A stretch of DNA of 64,000 nucleotides, from positions 800,001 to 864,000 of the forward strand of contig CAXXMU010000006.1 in the NCBI GenBank assembly GCA_963667785.2. The letters run 5' to 3'. This stretch comes from Alphaproteobacteria bacterium (GTDB lineage Bacteria > Pseudomonadota > Alphaproteobacteria > UBA828). Below, one piece after another: positions 38,184 to 48,254 of the stretch. Each line of letters opens with the position of its first letter. Positions within the stretch are counted from its first letter, which is position 1. The position numbers were made by a program, and so were the translations under genes. The notes beneath the pieces were generated by a model, which saw only the letters and a program-made list of their open reading frames with translations, made no database searches and was not told the origin of the DNA.

Positions 38184-38591
38184 TCAGGTCCCGTGCGTGC
38201 CCATCTCGATCAGCTCGACCTTGTAGCCGTCCGGGTCCTCGACGAAGGCGATCACGGTGGTCCCGCCCTTCACCGGCCCGGCCTCGCGCGTGATGGTGCC
38301 GCCAGCGGCCCGGATTCGCTCGCAGGTCTCGGCGACGTTATCCACACCCAGCGCGATATGCCCATACGCGGAGCCGAGGTCGTAGTCGGACACGCCGTGG
38401 TTGTAGGTGAGTTCCAGCTCGGCCTCGCCGTTCTTGTTGCCGCCCTTGAAGGCGACGAAGGCGAGCGTGTAGCCCTGATCGGGGCGCTCGGTGGTGCGCA
38501 GCAGGTCCATGCCGATGACGTCGGTGTAGAAATCGATGGAGCGCTGCATGTCGCCCACGCGGAGCATGGTGTGTAGAAGCTGCATGGTCAT
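38184..38591 (-). CDS. gloA: Lactoylglutathione lyase (glyoxalase I)
   Basis: [51 protein letters not shown]. Confidence 0.93.
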   Translation of the reverse strand: MTMQLLHTMLRVGDMQRSIDFYTDVIGMDLLRTTERPDQGYTLAFVAFKGGNKNGEAELELTYNHGVSDYDLGSAYGHIALGVDNVAETCERIRAAGGTITREAGPVKGGTTVIAFVEDPDGYKVELIEMGTHGT

Positions 38592-38664
38592 TCTCCCTGG
38601 ATGAAGGCGCGGCAGGGTAGGCCAGGCGGTGCCCGCATCGCCAGCCCGGCGCGCGGCGTGGCGT

Positions 38665-39780
38665 TCAGCGCAGGCGGCTCACGACGAGCTCCTGGAAGCT
38701 CCGCACCGAGTCCTCCCACACCGGCGAGAGCACGCCGCCGCCGTCGGCGACCGCAGACGCGCGCCCCTGCTGCAACCGCTCGCAGATCACCTGGTCCTCG
38801 ACATGCACGTCGCGCCAGAGTCTCGCGAGCTGCTCCGCCTCCTCCGCCGACGGCAGCGCGGACTTGAGGGTGTAGATGGCGCGGCGCTGCAGGGTGAGGT
38901 CCGGCGCGAGCGGCACGTCGAGGTGCACGCCGACCTGGTCCGGGAGGTAGAGCCCGAGGCTGAAATTGGGGAAGAGCGTGAGGTAGCGGGAATCGGCCGC
39001 CAGCGTATCCGCCCGCTTCGCCTCGGCGGAGACGTCGACAGCGCAGCCCAGGCAGCCCGGCTCGTTCAGCGTGTAGTGGTCGGTCAGCGGCTGCTCGGTG
39101 GTCGTCGCGTGCACGAAGGGCACGTGGTAGGGCTCGATGAAGTTCTCCATCAGGAGCTTCCAGTTCGCCGCGATCGCGCCAAGGTCGACCGTGACGACGT
39201 GCTTCATCCGGGCGAGATCGAGCCCCCCGAGGTGCTTCTCGACCGGCGCGACGGCCTCCTCGAGCGGCGGCGCCGCGCCGTTCAGGTTGACGAAGATCCA
39301 GTCGTGCCAGATGGCCACGCGCACCGGCACCAGCCCGTGCTCGGCGCGATCGAAGCCGGCCGGCACGGCGCCCGGCTCGCGCCCGCCGAAGTAGGGAGCG
39401 ATGTGGAGCGCGCCGTCGAGCCTGTAGGTCCAGGAGTGATAGGGGCACTGGATGGCGGGCCCCACGTTGCCGGCCTTCTCGACGAGCTTGAGGCAGCGGT
39501 GGCGGCAGACATTGTGGAAGGCGCCCACCTCGCCCTTCGCATCGCACACCAGCAGCACCGGCCTGCCGGCCACGGTGACCGGCACCACGTCGCCCGGCCG
39601 CGCCAGCTCGTGCGCGAGACCGGCGAACACCCAGGAGTCCGAGAAGATCCGCTCGTTCTCGAGCGCGAAGAACGCCTCGCTCGTGTAGGCCGCCGCCGGC
39701 AGCCCCCGCGCCACCGGCGCCTGCGTCTCGAACGCGGCCAGCGCGTCCGCCCCCAGGATCGAATGCAGCGATGGACTCAT
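38665..39780 (-). CDS. Rieske non-heme iron oxygenase alpha subunit (choline monooxygenase/CntA-like group)
   Basis: CRHR..CPYH Rieske motif; [16 protein letters not shown]; ED..ICERLQ. Confidence 0.88.
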   Translation of the reverse strand: MSPSLHSILGADALAAFETQAPVARGLPAAAYTSEAFFALENERIFSDSWVFAGLAHELARPGDVVPVTVAGRPVLLVCDAKGEVGAFHNVCRHRCLKLVEKAGNVGPAIQCPYHSWTYRLDGALHIAPYFGGREPGAVPAGFDRAEHGLVPVRVAIWHDWIFVNLNGAAPPLEEAVAPVEKHLGGLDLARMKHVVTVDLGAIAANWKLLMENFIEPYHVPFVHATTTEQPLTDHYTLNEPGCLGCAVDVSAEAKRADTLAADSRYLTLFPNFSLGLYLPDQVGVHLDVPLAPDLTLQRRAIYTLKSALPSAEEAEQLARLWRDVHVEDQVICERLQQGRASAVADGGGVLSPVWEDSVRSFQELVVSRLR

Positions 39781-39807
39781 GCCGTCCTCCCGAGAGCGCC
39801 GGGCCGG

Positions 39808-40329
39808 TCAGGGCACGTGGCGCTTGAGCAGGAACTGGTTCTTGAACATGCGGAGCCGAGTCATGACCTCGACTTGGGCGATGTCGGGCTGCCCGTGGAC
39901 GTGCTGGTTGAGGAAGCCCGCTAGCTCCGTTTCCTCGTCGCACACGACCTCGACCAGCAGGTCGAAGCGGCCGCTGACCCACATGATGTAGACGACGGCC
40001 GGGAAGAAATCGAGCCGCTTCGCGACCGCGCTGGGGGCGACGCCCGGTGCCGTCTTGATGCCGAGCATCGCGTCCGCCTCGTAGTCGACCGCCACCGGGT
40101 CGACCACGGCCACGATGCGCAGCATGCCGGCCTCGCGCATCCGGGTGACTCGGTTGCGGACCGTCCCGCCCGACACGCCGAGCTTCTGCCCGATCTCGTC
40201 ATAGGCCGCGCGCCCGTCATCCTGGAGCAGGCGGACGATCTGCCGGTTGAGGTCGTCGTCGGGAGAGGACAGCGGCGCGACATCGTCGCCGGCCGTCGCT
40301 TGGACCGTGTGCAGCGTGGATCGGGGCAT
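39808..40329 (-). CDS. Lrp/AsnC family transcriptional regulator
   Basis: LQDDGRAAY..IG..LGVS..TVRNRV HTH; SGRFDLL. Confidence 0.9.
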   Translation of the reverse strand: MPRSTLHTVQATAGDDVAPLSSPDDDLNRQIVRLLQDDGRAAYDEIGQKLGVSGGTVRNRVTRMREAGMLRIVAVVDPVAVDYEADAMLGIKTAPGVAPSAVAKRLDFFPAVVYIMWVSGRFDLLVEVVCDEETELAGFLNQHVHGQPDIAQVEVMTRLRMFKNQFLLKRHVP

Positions 40330-40381
40330 GCCGTCTGCTCCTGTCGCCGCCGGGCGCGAAAACGGTCGGTGTTGCCGAATC

Positions 40382-40421
40382 CTCAATTCGTGGTACATTG
40401 AGTGCAGAATACGCATCAATG
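40382..40421. promoter_or_regulatory. Overlapping AT-rich inverted repeats in the Lrp/GlnT divergent promoter
   Basis: CTCAAT (40382)..ATTGAG (40402) and CATTGA (40396)..TCAATG (40421); candidate Lrp-type sites. Confidence 0.4.
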
Positions 40422-40513
40422 GTCAAATCACATTTACGAAACGTCCTCATGAACGATTGCACGTACCCGATTCATCATTCTCAATCTTCGTGACGGAGGG
40501 AGGACGACAGCCG

Positions 40514-41932
40514 ATGAGTGAGATGCCACGGACCCTGGCCGAGGCGCTGCCTGACGTCGAGCGCGTCCGCGAGGAGGGGGCGAGGCTCGCCGAGGCGGGC
40601 GTGCGCTACGTCTTCTCCTGCTGGATCGACATGCACGGCCTGCCCAAGACCAAGCCGGTGCCGATCAGCGATTTCGAGAACCTGTGCATGGGCAAGGGGC
40701 CGCAGTTCGCGGTGCACTCGATCTCCTTCGTGCCGGAGCTCGGCGCGGCCGATTCCGACCAGATCCCGGTGCCCGACCTCGATTCCCTGGTGATCTGCCC
40801 GTGGGATCGCACCTGCGCCTGGATGTTCGCGGACCTCTGGTGGGAGGACGCGCCCTACAACCTCTGCCCGCGCCAGACGCTCAAGCGCGTGGTGGCCGAC
40901 ACGGCGGCGAAGGGGTTCATGGGCTTCGCCGGCATCGAGCCCGAGTTCATCGTCATGCGCTGGCAGGACGGCAAGCCGGTCAAGGCCTTCGACAACGACC
41001 CGCTCCCCGGCGAAGGCGTCCGCGCGCGGCGCCAGGCCTTCGGCTACGACATCGAGTACACGATCGATTCCATGGGCTTCCTCGGCGCGGTCATCGACAT
41101 CCTCGAAGACCTCGGCTGGGGCCTGAAGGACGTGGTCTGCGAGGGCGCGTATTCGCAGTTCGAGCTCGATTTCGGCTACACCGATCTCGTCGGCATGGCC
41201 GACCGGCTGGTGTTCCTGCGGGTGCTGCTGAAGGAGGTCGCCAAGAGCCAGGGCCTCTTCGCCACCTACATGCCGAAGCCCACCACCGGCGACTGGCGCT
41301 CGGGCGCGCACATCAACTACTCGATGCAGCGGGTCGACAACCCGGGCGTGAACCTCTTCGGGGATGCGGAGGGCGGCTGGGCGCAGGCGGCCTACCACGC
41401 GGTGGGCGGCCTGCTGCGCCACGGCGGCGCGCTCACCGCGCTCACCGCCACCACCGTCAACTCCTACAACGGGCTGGTGCCGCGGGTCGGCGGCTTCGAG
41501 GGCGGCACCGTGACCTGGGCGCCGACCCACATGACCTACGGCAACAACAACCGCTCGGCCATGCTGCGCCTGCCGCAGAACCGCTTCTGCATCGAGAACC
41601 GCGCCTCCGACCTCTGCATGAACCCCTATCTCGCGCTCGGCATGACCACCGCAGCCGCCGTCGAGGGCGTGATGGAAGGCATCGACCCCGGCCCGCCCCT
41701 CAACAAGGACCTCTACGACATGACGGACGAGGAGATCCAGGCCAGCGGAGGGCAGCGCCTGCCGCGGCACTTGCTGGAGGCGACGGAGATCCTGCGCGAC
41801 GACCCGCTGGCGGCCGAGGTGCTCGGCCCCGCCATGATGAGCTCCTGGCTGCGCTACAAGGTCGACGAGTGGGAGCGCTACCACCAGACGGTGACGGACT
41901 GGGAGGTGCAGGAGTACCTGCGGCTCTACTGA
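40514..41932 (+). CDS. Glutamine synthetase-like gamma-glutamyl ligase (GlnT/GmaS-like)
   Basis: GIEPEF, EGAYSQFE, YMPKP..SGAH, TVNSY, WAP..YG.NNRS, IENR..D..NPYL. GGAGG RBS before ATG 40514. Confidence 0.87.
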   Translation: MSEMPRTLAEALPDVERVREEGARLAEAGVRYVFSCWIDMHGLPKTKPVPISDFENLCMGKGPQFAVHSISFVPELGAADSDQIPVPDLDSLVICPWDRTCAWMFADLWWEDAPYNLCPRQTLKRVVADTAAKGFMGFAGIEPEFIVMRWQDGKPVKAFDNDPLPGEGVRARRQAFGYDIEYTIDSMGFLGAVIDILEDLGWGLKDVVCEGAYSQFELDFGYTDLVGMADRLVFLRVLLKEVAKSQGLFATYMPKPTTGDWRSGAHINYSMQRVDNPGVNLFGDAEGGWAQAAYHAVGGLLRHGGALTALTATTVNSYNGLVPRVGGFEGGTVTWAPTHMTYGNNNRSAMLRLPQNRFCIENRASDLCMNPYLALGMTTAAAVEGVMEGIDPGPPLNKDLYDMTDEEIQASGGQRLPRHLLEATEILRDDPLAAEVLGPAMMSSWLRYKVDEWERYHQTVTDWEVQEYLRLY

Positions 41933-41944
41933 GGGCCAGTCGCC

Positions 41945-42961
41945 GTGGCGCCTGACCACGAGACGTTCGAGCTCGGCGCCGTAACGCTGCAATCGGGCAT
42001 CACGCTGCCGGCAGCCAGGCTCGCCTACAGGACCTGGGGCGCGCTGAACGCGCACGGCGACAACGTGATCGTCATGCCCACGTTCTACACGGGCACGCAC
42101 GTGCGCAACGAGGGCTACCTGCGAGCCGTGCCGGCGCTCGACCCGGCGCGCTGGTTCATCGTCTCGATCGACATGTTCGGCAACGGCCTTTCGTCGTCGC
42201 CGAGCAACACGCCGCCGCCCTTCGACGGGCCGCGCTTCCCCGCGGTCACGCTGCACGACAACGTCGCCTGCCAGCACCGGCTGCTCACCGAGGCGCTCGG
42301 GGTGAAGCGCATCGCGCTGGTGCTGGGGTGGTCCATGGCCGGCTGCCAGGCCTATGAGTGGGCGGCGCAGCACCCCGACATGGTGGACGCCATCCTGCCG
42401 TTCTGCGCTTCGGCGCGGACCTCGCCCCATAACAAGGTGTTCCTCGAAGGCGTGAAGGCGGCGCTCACGGCCGATGCCGCGTTCGCCGGCGGCGACTACA
42501 CCGCGCCGCCCGAGGCGGGTCTCCGGGCCTTCGCGCGGGTCTACGCCGGCTGGGCGTACTCGCAGGCCTTCTATCGCGAAGGGCTCTACCGCGAGCTGGG
42601 CTTCGATGCCTGGGAAGAGCTGCTTCTCGACTGGGAGCGCGATCATCTGAGGTGGGACGCTAACGACCTGCTGGCCAAGCTCCTCACCTGGCAGCGGGGC
42701 GACATCAGCGCGAATGCCCGCTACGGCGGCGACTTCAAGCGCGCGCTCGGCGCCATCCGGGCGCGGGCGATCCTGGTTCCCTGCACCACCGATCTGTACT
42801 TCCCGCCCGAGGACAACGCCATCGAGGCCCGGCACATGCCGAACGCCGCGCTGCGCCCCTTCGCCTCGCCCTGGGGCCACTGCGTGGCGTCGCCGGGCCG
42901 CGCCGGCAGCGACTTCATGCGCTTCCTCGACGCCTGCGTGGCGGAGCTGCTCGAAGGCTGA
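41945..42961 (+). CDS. MetX (homoserine acetyltransferase)-like alpha/beta hydrolase
   Basis: LAYRTWG, GNGLSSSPS, nucleophile GWSMAG, DLYFP, PWGH. Confidence 0.82.
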   Translation: MAPDHETFELGAVTLQSGITLPAARLAYRTWGALNAHGDNVIVMPTFYTGTHVRNEGYLRAVPALDPARWFIVSIDMFGNGLSSSPSNTPPPFDGPRFPAVTLHDNVACQHRLLTEALGVKRIALVLGWSMAGCQAYEWAAQHPDMVDAILPFCASARTSPHNKVFLEGVKAALTADAAFAGGDYTAPPEAGLRAFARVYAGWAYSQAFYREGLYRELGFDAWEELLLDWERDHLRWDANDLLAKLLTWQRGDISANARYGGDFKRALGAIRARAILVPCTTDLYFPPEDNAIEARHMPNAALRPFASPWGHCVASPGRAGSDFMRFLDACVAELLEG

Positions 42962-43067
42962 GACGTCCAGCCCGCCGGCCCCCTCGGAGTCATGCGTGCC
43001 GCGCTCCTGTTCATTGCCGCGCACGTCGCGGGTAACATGGCGCCGCAAACGCAGAGAGGTCAGTCAC

Positions 43068-44090
43068 ATGCCGCGCATCGTTCGCTTCGCCAGACACGGC
43101 GGCCCGGAAGTTCTCGAGATTCGCGACGAGCCGCTCGAAGAGCCGGGGGAGGGCGAGGTCCGCCTGAAGATCGAGGCGATCGGCCTCAACCGGGCGGAGA
43201 TCATGTTCCGCAACGGCGCCTATATCGCGAACCCCGCCTTCCCCTCCCGCATCGGGATCGAGGCGAGCGGCGTGATCGACGCGGTCGGGCCCGGCGTCTC
43301 CGGCCTTTCCGTCGGCGACCGGGCCGGTGCCGTGCCCTACAACTCGTGGGACGAGTGGGGCAACTGGACCAGCGAGTCGGTCACGCGGTACGGCCTCTAC
43401 GGCGAGAGCGCGGTGGTGCCCGCGTTCTGCGTCGCCCGCAGCCCCGAGGGCATCTCGGCAGTCGAGGCCGGCGCGATCTGGTGCCAGTACGGCACCGCCT
43501 GGGGCGGGCTGGTCGACCATGCGGGCGTCTCGGCGGACGACATCGTGCTGGTCACGGCGGCGAGCAGCAGCGCCGCGCTCGCCGGGCTGCAGATCGCGAA
43601 GAATGCCGGCGCCACGGTCATCGCCGCGACGCGCAGGTCCGACAAGGCGGACTTCCTGCTCGGCGCCGGCGCCGACCACGTCGTCGCCACCGAGGAGGAG
43701 GATCTCGAGACCCGGGTGAAGGCGATCACCGGCGGCCAGGGCTTCACCATCGCCTACGACCCGGTGGGCGGCCGCTTCATCGGCGATCTCGTCGCGGCCG
43801 CGCAGCCCTACGGGCTCATCGTCAACTACGGCAACCTCCGGACCGAGGCGATCGACATCCCCGTCCTGCCGATGCTCGCCAAGCGGCTCTTCTTCAAGTT
43901 CCACAGCCTCTACGACACCATGCGCCTGCCCGAGAAGCGCGCCGCCTGCTTCGCCTTCGTGCAGGAGCAAGTGGGCTCAGGCGCGCTGAAGCCGATCGTC
44001 GACCGGACCTTCCCGCTCGAGCAGATCGTGGATGCGCACCGCTACATGGAGACCAACGTGCAACGGGGCAAGATCGTCGTCACCACCTGA
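43068..44090 (+). CDS. Zinc-independent MDR/quinone oxidoreductase-like protein
   Basis: GGPEVL, AIGLNRAE, GIEASG, AASSS, AHRYME..GKIV. Confidence 0.87.
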   Translation: MPRIVRFARHGGPEVLEIRDEPLEEPGEGEVRLKIEAIGLNRAEIMFRNGAYIANPAFPSRIGIEASGVIDAVGPGVSGLSVGDRAGAVPYNSWDEWGNWTSESVTRYGLYGESAVVPAFCVARSPEGISAVEAGAIWCQYGTAWGGLVDHAGVSADDIVLVTAASSSAALAGLQIAKNAGATVIAATRRSDKADFLLGAGADHVVATEEEDLETRVKAITGGQGFTIAYDPVGGRFIGDLVAAAQPYGLIVNYGNLRTEAIDIPVLPMLAKRLFFKFHSLYDTMRLPEKRAACFAFVQEQVGSGALKPIVDRTFPLEQIVDAHRYMETNVQRGKIVVTT

Positions 44091-44180
44091 TGCCGGCCGG
44101 GCGCGGGACGCCCCGGCTTGGCGCGCGCCGGGCATTCAGGCAACATCGGCCCGGCGTGGGCTCAGGGAACGGACGGATAG

Positions 44181-45095
44181 ATGGCGCTTGCCGCCGCTGA
44201 GACGGGGCCGAAGCCTCAACTGCCGGACCTTCGGCGCATCTTCGCCGACACCAAGTTCTATTGGCTGGTGCTGCCGGCCTTCACGTTCTTCCTGATCTTC
44301 TTCGTCATCCCGACCGTCTCGCTGTTCCTGATCTCCTTCGACAAGTCGGTCGCGGGCGTGGTCGACGTCCAGTGGGACTTCACGCTGAAGAACTACATCC
44401 GGTTTTTCAATCGCTCGCTCTACTACGAGGCGGCGATACGCTCGATCGGGCTGGCGGCGATCGTCTCGGTCTGCACGCTGGCGCTGGGCTATCCGCTCGC
44501 CTACTTCGTGGCCAAGACGAGGCATCCGGGGCGCAACACCTTCTACATGATCCTCGTGCTGAGCGCGATGCAGCTCGACATGGTGATCCGCCTCTTCGGC
44601 CTGATGGTGCTGATGGGCGACAACGGAGTCATCAACGGCATCCTCAGGGACATCGGCGCCATCCGCGAGCCGCTGCCGCTGATGTACAACTTCTTCGGCG
44701 CGGTGGTGGGGCTGGTGCAGTTCACCCTGCCCTTCATGGTGCTCTCGCTGATCGGCATCATCAGGAGCATCCACCCCTCGCTGGAGGAGGCCGCGCGCAG
44801 CCTCGGCGCGAACCGCTGGACCACCTTCTGGCGCATCACCTTCCCGCTCAGCATGCCGGGCATCCTCGCCGGCACGCTGCTGGTCTTCGCCATCTCCATC
44901 TCGTCCTACGTGGTGCCGGCGCTGATGGGCGGCTGGAAGGTGATCGTGATGCCGCTCCACATCTATCAGCAGATCGCCGAGATGGGTAAGTGGCAGTTCG
45001 GCGCGACCATCGCGGTGGTGCTCTTCGTCACCAGCGTGATCGCGGTCTACGTCTACCAGCGCTTCGCGGCGCGCACGGCGGGGGGGCGCGCCTGA
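44181..45095 (+). CDS. ABC transporter permease (PotB-like)
   Basis: TM helices, GYPLAY, EAA motif LEEAARSLGA. Confidence 0.92.
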   Translation: MALAAAETGPKPQLPDLRRIFADTKFYWLVLPAFTFFLIFFVIPTVSLFLISFDKSVAGVVDVQWDFTLKNYIRFFNRSLYYEAAIRSIGLAAIVSVCTLALGYPLAYFVAKTRHPGRNTFYMILVLSAMQLDMVIRLFGLMVLMGDNGVINGILRDIGAIREPLPLMYNFFGAVVGLVQFTLPFMVLSLIGIIRSIHPSLEEAARSLGANRWTTFWRITFPLSMPGILAGTLLVFAISISSYVVPALMGGWKVIVMPLHIYQQIAEMGKWQFGATIAVVLFVTSVIAVYVYQRFAARTAGGRA

Positions 45096-45096
45096 G

Positions 45097-45984
45097 ATGG
45101 CGGAGATGGTGACGGACACGGCGCCGGAGCCGCGCAACGGTCGCTGGACGCCCTTCCGCCGGCGCAACGGCCCGCGCGAGGAGCGGGCGGTCGCGCTGCC
45201 GCTGCAGATCGGCGCGTGGCTCGCCTTCGTGGTGCTGCTGCTCCCCGTCGTGATCGTGGTGCTGGCCGGGCTCAACTCCGGCGATCACCTGACCTGGCCG
45301 CCGGAAGGGCTCTCGCTCCGCTGGGTGTTCGCCTTCTTCGAGGCGAGCGAGTTCCTCGACGCCTACGTGTTCAGCCTGTGGCTCGCCGTGGTGGTCATGG
45401 TCATCTCGACCACGCTCGGCACCATGGCGGCGATCTTCCTCACGCGCATGACCTTCCCCGGCCGCAACCTGCTCCGGGCGTACTTCCTCTCGCCGCTGAT
45501 CCTGCCGGGGATCGTACTGGGGCTTGCGCTCTACGTCTTCTACGTCTCGAGCGGAATCGGGCTCTCGCGCACGCTGCCGGGGCTCATCATCGGCCACGTG
45601 CTGGTGACGGCGCCCTACGTGATCGGGACCGTGTCGGCCGCGCTCTTCAACTTCGACATCGCGCTGGAGGAGGCCGCCCGCAGCCTCGGTGCCGGCCCGC
45701 TTACGGCATTCCGCAAGGTCACGCTGCCGATCATCGGGCCCGGCGTCGCGGCGGGCGCGATCTTCGCCTTCATCGTGTCGTTCGGCCAGTTCGACGTCTC
45801 GCTCTTCCTGAGCACGCCGAACTATACGCCGCTGCCGATCGCCCTCTATATTTCGCTGAGGTACACGTTCGAGCCGACGGCAGCCGCTGCGGGCATCTTC
45901 GCGATCGCGCTGGTCGTGATCTCGATGCTGCTCACCTCCCGGCTCATCAACATCCGGCGCTTCGCCGGAATCAAGTTCTCGTAA
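45097..45984 (+). CDS. ABC transporter permease (PotC-like)
   Basis: SLRW, SPLILPGIV, LEEAARSLGA. Confidence 0.92.
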   Translation: MAEMVTDTAPEPRNGRWTPFRRRNGPREERAVALPLQIGAWLAFVVLLLPVVIVVLAGLNSGDHLTWPPEGLSLRWVFAFFEASEFLDAYVFSLWLAVVVMVISTTLGTMAAIFLTRMTFPGRNLLRAYFLSPLILPGIVLGLALYVFYVSSGIGLSRTLPGLIIGHVLVTAPYVIGTVSAALFNFDIALEEAARSLGAGPLTAFRKVTLPIIGPGVAAGAIFAFIVSFGQFDVSLFLSTPNYTPLPIALYISLRYTFEPTAAAAGIFAIALVVISMLLTSRLINIRRFAGIKFS

Positions 45985-46005
45985 CCGACGAAGGGAGAAT
46001 CGACG

Positions 46006-47127
46006 ATGACCGACAAACGCAACCTCAAGCCGTCGCGCCGCACGGTCCTCAAGGGGCTCGCGGCGGGCGGCGCGGCCGCAGCCTCGACCCAGTTCGGCCT
46101 CTTCAACATCAACCATTCCTGGTCTCAGGACGTGCACTGGGACGGCCAGCCCTTCGATGCCGGCGGCGCCACCTTCATCCTCGGAGAGTGGGGCGGCTTC
46201 TGGGAGGAATTCGTCCGCGGCGCGGTGATCGAGAACTTCGAGAAGACCTACAACTGCACGATCGCCTACGATTCCTCGTGGCCCTGGTTCCCGAAGTACG
46301 TCGCCAGCGGGCCGCAGGACCCGGCCTTCCACATGTGCAACTGGAACCTGCCGGAGATGATGAAGACAGCGCGGGCGGGCGACTACTTCCTGCCCATCGA
46401 CGACATCAAGGCGAACGTGCCGCACGCCGCCGACTGCTGGGACTTCGCCTTCGGCAACGGCATCGGCGTGACCTGGGCCTTCGGCCAGTACGCCTACGTC
46501 TACCGCACCGACCTGGTCGATCCGGCGCCTGCCGACTTCAAGTCCTTCTGGGAGGACCGCTTCGCCGGCAACCGCGCCACCTACATCACGTCGAACACCC
46601 TGCAGATGGTCTTCTTCATCACCGCCAGCGCCGCCTGGGGCGAGGGGCCGGAGGACCTGGATGCCGGCTTCGACGCCATGGAGCGCGCCATGCCGATGAA
46701 GATCAGCGACTTCACCGGCAACATGCAGACCCTGGTGGAGCGCGGCGAGGTGCATCTCGGCGTCCAGTGGGAGGGCGAGGTCTACCTGCAGATGGACAAG
46801 GGCATCTCTGTCGCTCCCGTCATCTGGGACGCCAAGCCGATCCTCACCCAGACCAAGACCATCAGCCGCTATTCCGAGCCGATGCAGAAGAAGCTCGCGT
46901 TCGCGCTGATGAACGAGGCGCTCGACCCGGGCTATCAGGAGCAGTGCGGCGGCACCTTCTACCTGCGGCCGACCAACGGCAAGGCCGCGGTGGCGGAGAA
47001 CCTCGCCAGCAAGGGCGTGGCCAACACGGCCGGCGCCATGGAAGGGCTCTGGATCCCGGACTGGAACTGGTATCTCGACAACGAGGACGACATCGTCGAG
47101 ACCACCAACGAGATCTTCGGCGCCTGA
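46006..47127 (+). CDS. ABC transporter substrate-binding protein with Tat signal (PotD-like fold)
   Basis: SRRTVLK twin-arginine signal, WGG, aromatic-rich sequence, operon position. Confidence 0.88.
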   Translation: MTDKRNLKPSRRTVLKGLAAGGAAAASTQFGLFNINHSWSQDVHWDGQPFDAGGATFILGEWGGFWEEFVRGAVIENFEKTYNCTIAYDSSWPWFPKYVASGPQDPAFHMCNWNLPEMMKTARAGDYFLPIDDIKANVPHAADCWDFAFGNGIGVTWAFGQYAYVYRTDLVDPAPADFKSFWEDRFAGNRATYITSNTLQMVFFITASAAWGEGPEDLDAGFDAMERAMPMKISDFTGNMQTLVERGEVHLGVQWEGEVYLQMDKGISVAPVIWDAKPILTQTKTISRYSEPMQKKLAFALMNEALDPGYQEQCGGTFYLRPTNGKAAVAENLASKGVANTAGAMEGLWIPDWNWYLDNEDDIVETTNEIFGA

Positions 47128-47161
47128 TCCACCGTTGCCGGGAACCTGAGCGGGGCCGCGC

Positions 47162-48232
47162 GTGTCCGACGTCGAGCTTTCGGGCCTGACCAAGCGCTAC
47201 GGCGAGACGCTTGCGGTCGCCGACGTCTCGCTCCGGGTCGAGGAGGGGGAGTTCTTCTCCCTCCTCGGCCCGTCCGGCTGCGGCAAGACGACGACGCTGC
47301 GCATGATCGCGGGCTTCGTGCGCCCCAACGAGGGCCAGGTCTTCATCGGCGGCGAGGACATGACCCTGCTGCCGCCGGAGAGGCGGGGCATCGGCATCGT
47401 CTTCCAGAACTACGCGATCTTTCCGCACATGACGGTGTTCGACAACATCGCCTTCGGCCTGAAGATGCGGAAGGTGCCGAAGCGGGAAATCCGCGGCCGC
47501 GTCGGCAAGGCGCTGGAGCAGGTCAACCTCGACGGCTACGAGCGGCGCTACCAGCGCGAGCTCTCCGGCGGCGAGCAGCAGCGCGTGGCGCTCGCCCGCG
47601 TGCTCATCACCGAGCCCAAGATCCTGCTCCTCGACGAGCCGCTCAGCGCGCTCGACAAGAAGCTCCGCGAGGAGATGAAGTACTGGATCAAGGAGCTGCA
47701 GCAGTCGCTCGGCATCACCACCGTCTACGTCACCCACGACCAGGGCGAGGCGCTCACCATGTCCGACCGGATCGCCGTGATGAACCGCGCGCGCGTGGTG
47801 CAGATCGGCGCGCCGGACACGATCTACGAGCATCCGGCCGATCGCTTCGTCACCGACTTCATCGGCGAATCGAACATCCTCGAGGCGCGCGTCGCGGCGG
47901 TGGACGCCGATGTCTGCCGCATCGCGGTGGGCCGCGTCGAGCTCGCCGCGCCCCGGCGCGACGGGATCGAGGCCGGCCAGCCGGTCGGCTTCGTGGTGCG
48001 GCCGGAGCGCGTGCTGATCGGCGCCGCGGCCGAAGCCGCAGGCGGAACCACCGCCACCGCCACCGTGGTCGACCGCAGCTACCAGGGCGCGATCATCCGC
48101 TACCGCATGCGCCTCGAGGGGCAGGAGATCGTCGCCGAGGTGCCCAACCGGCCCGACCAGCCCGACCTCGCCGACGGGGCCGAGACCCTGATCGGCTGGA
48201 CCGTGGCGAGCGGCGAGCTGCTGGTGGATTGA
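47162..48232 (+). CDS. ABC transporter ATPase (PotA-like)
   Basis: GPSGCGKT, FQNYA.FPH, LSGGEQQR, LLLDEP, TOBE tail. Confidence 0.94.
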   Translation: MSDVELSGLTKRYGETLAVADVSLRVEEGEFFSLLGPSGCGKTTTLRMIAGFVRPNEGQVFIGGEDMTLLPPERRGIGIVFQNYAIFPHMTVFDNIAFGLKMRKVPKREIRGRVGKALEQVNLDGYERRYQRELSGGEQQRVALARVLITEPKILLLDEPLSALDKKLREEMKYWIKELQQSLGITTVYVTHDQGEALTMSDRIAVMNRARVVQIGAPDTIYEHPADRFVTDFIGESNILEARVAAVDADVCRIAVGRVELAAPRRDGIEAGQPVGFVVRPERVLIGAAAEAAGGTTATATVVDRSYQGAIIRYRMRLEGQEIVAEVPNRPDQPDLADGAETLIGWTVASGELLVD

Positions 48233-48254
48233 GCGGGACTGCCTCCCGCGCGCC

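Noticed and set aside
40481-43048. Long antisense and alternate-frame ORFs (this 855-aa one and many others, e.g. 3665-5632, 28503-30629, 45028-47193)
   Set aside because: Shadow ORFs expected at high GC. They are Arg/Ala/Gly-rich, have no motifs and overlap well-supported genes.
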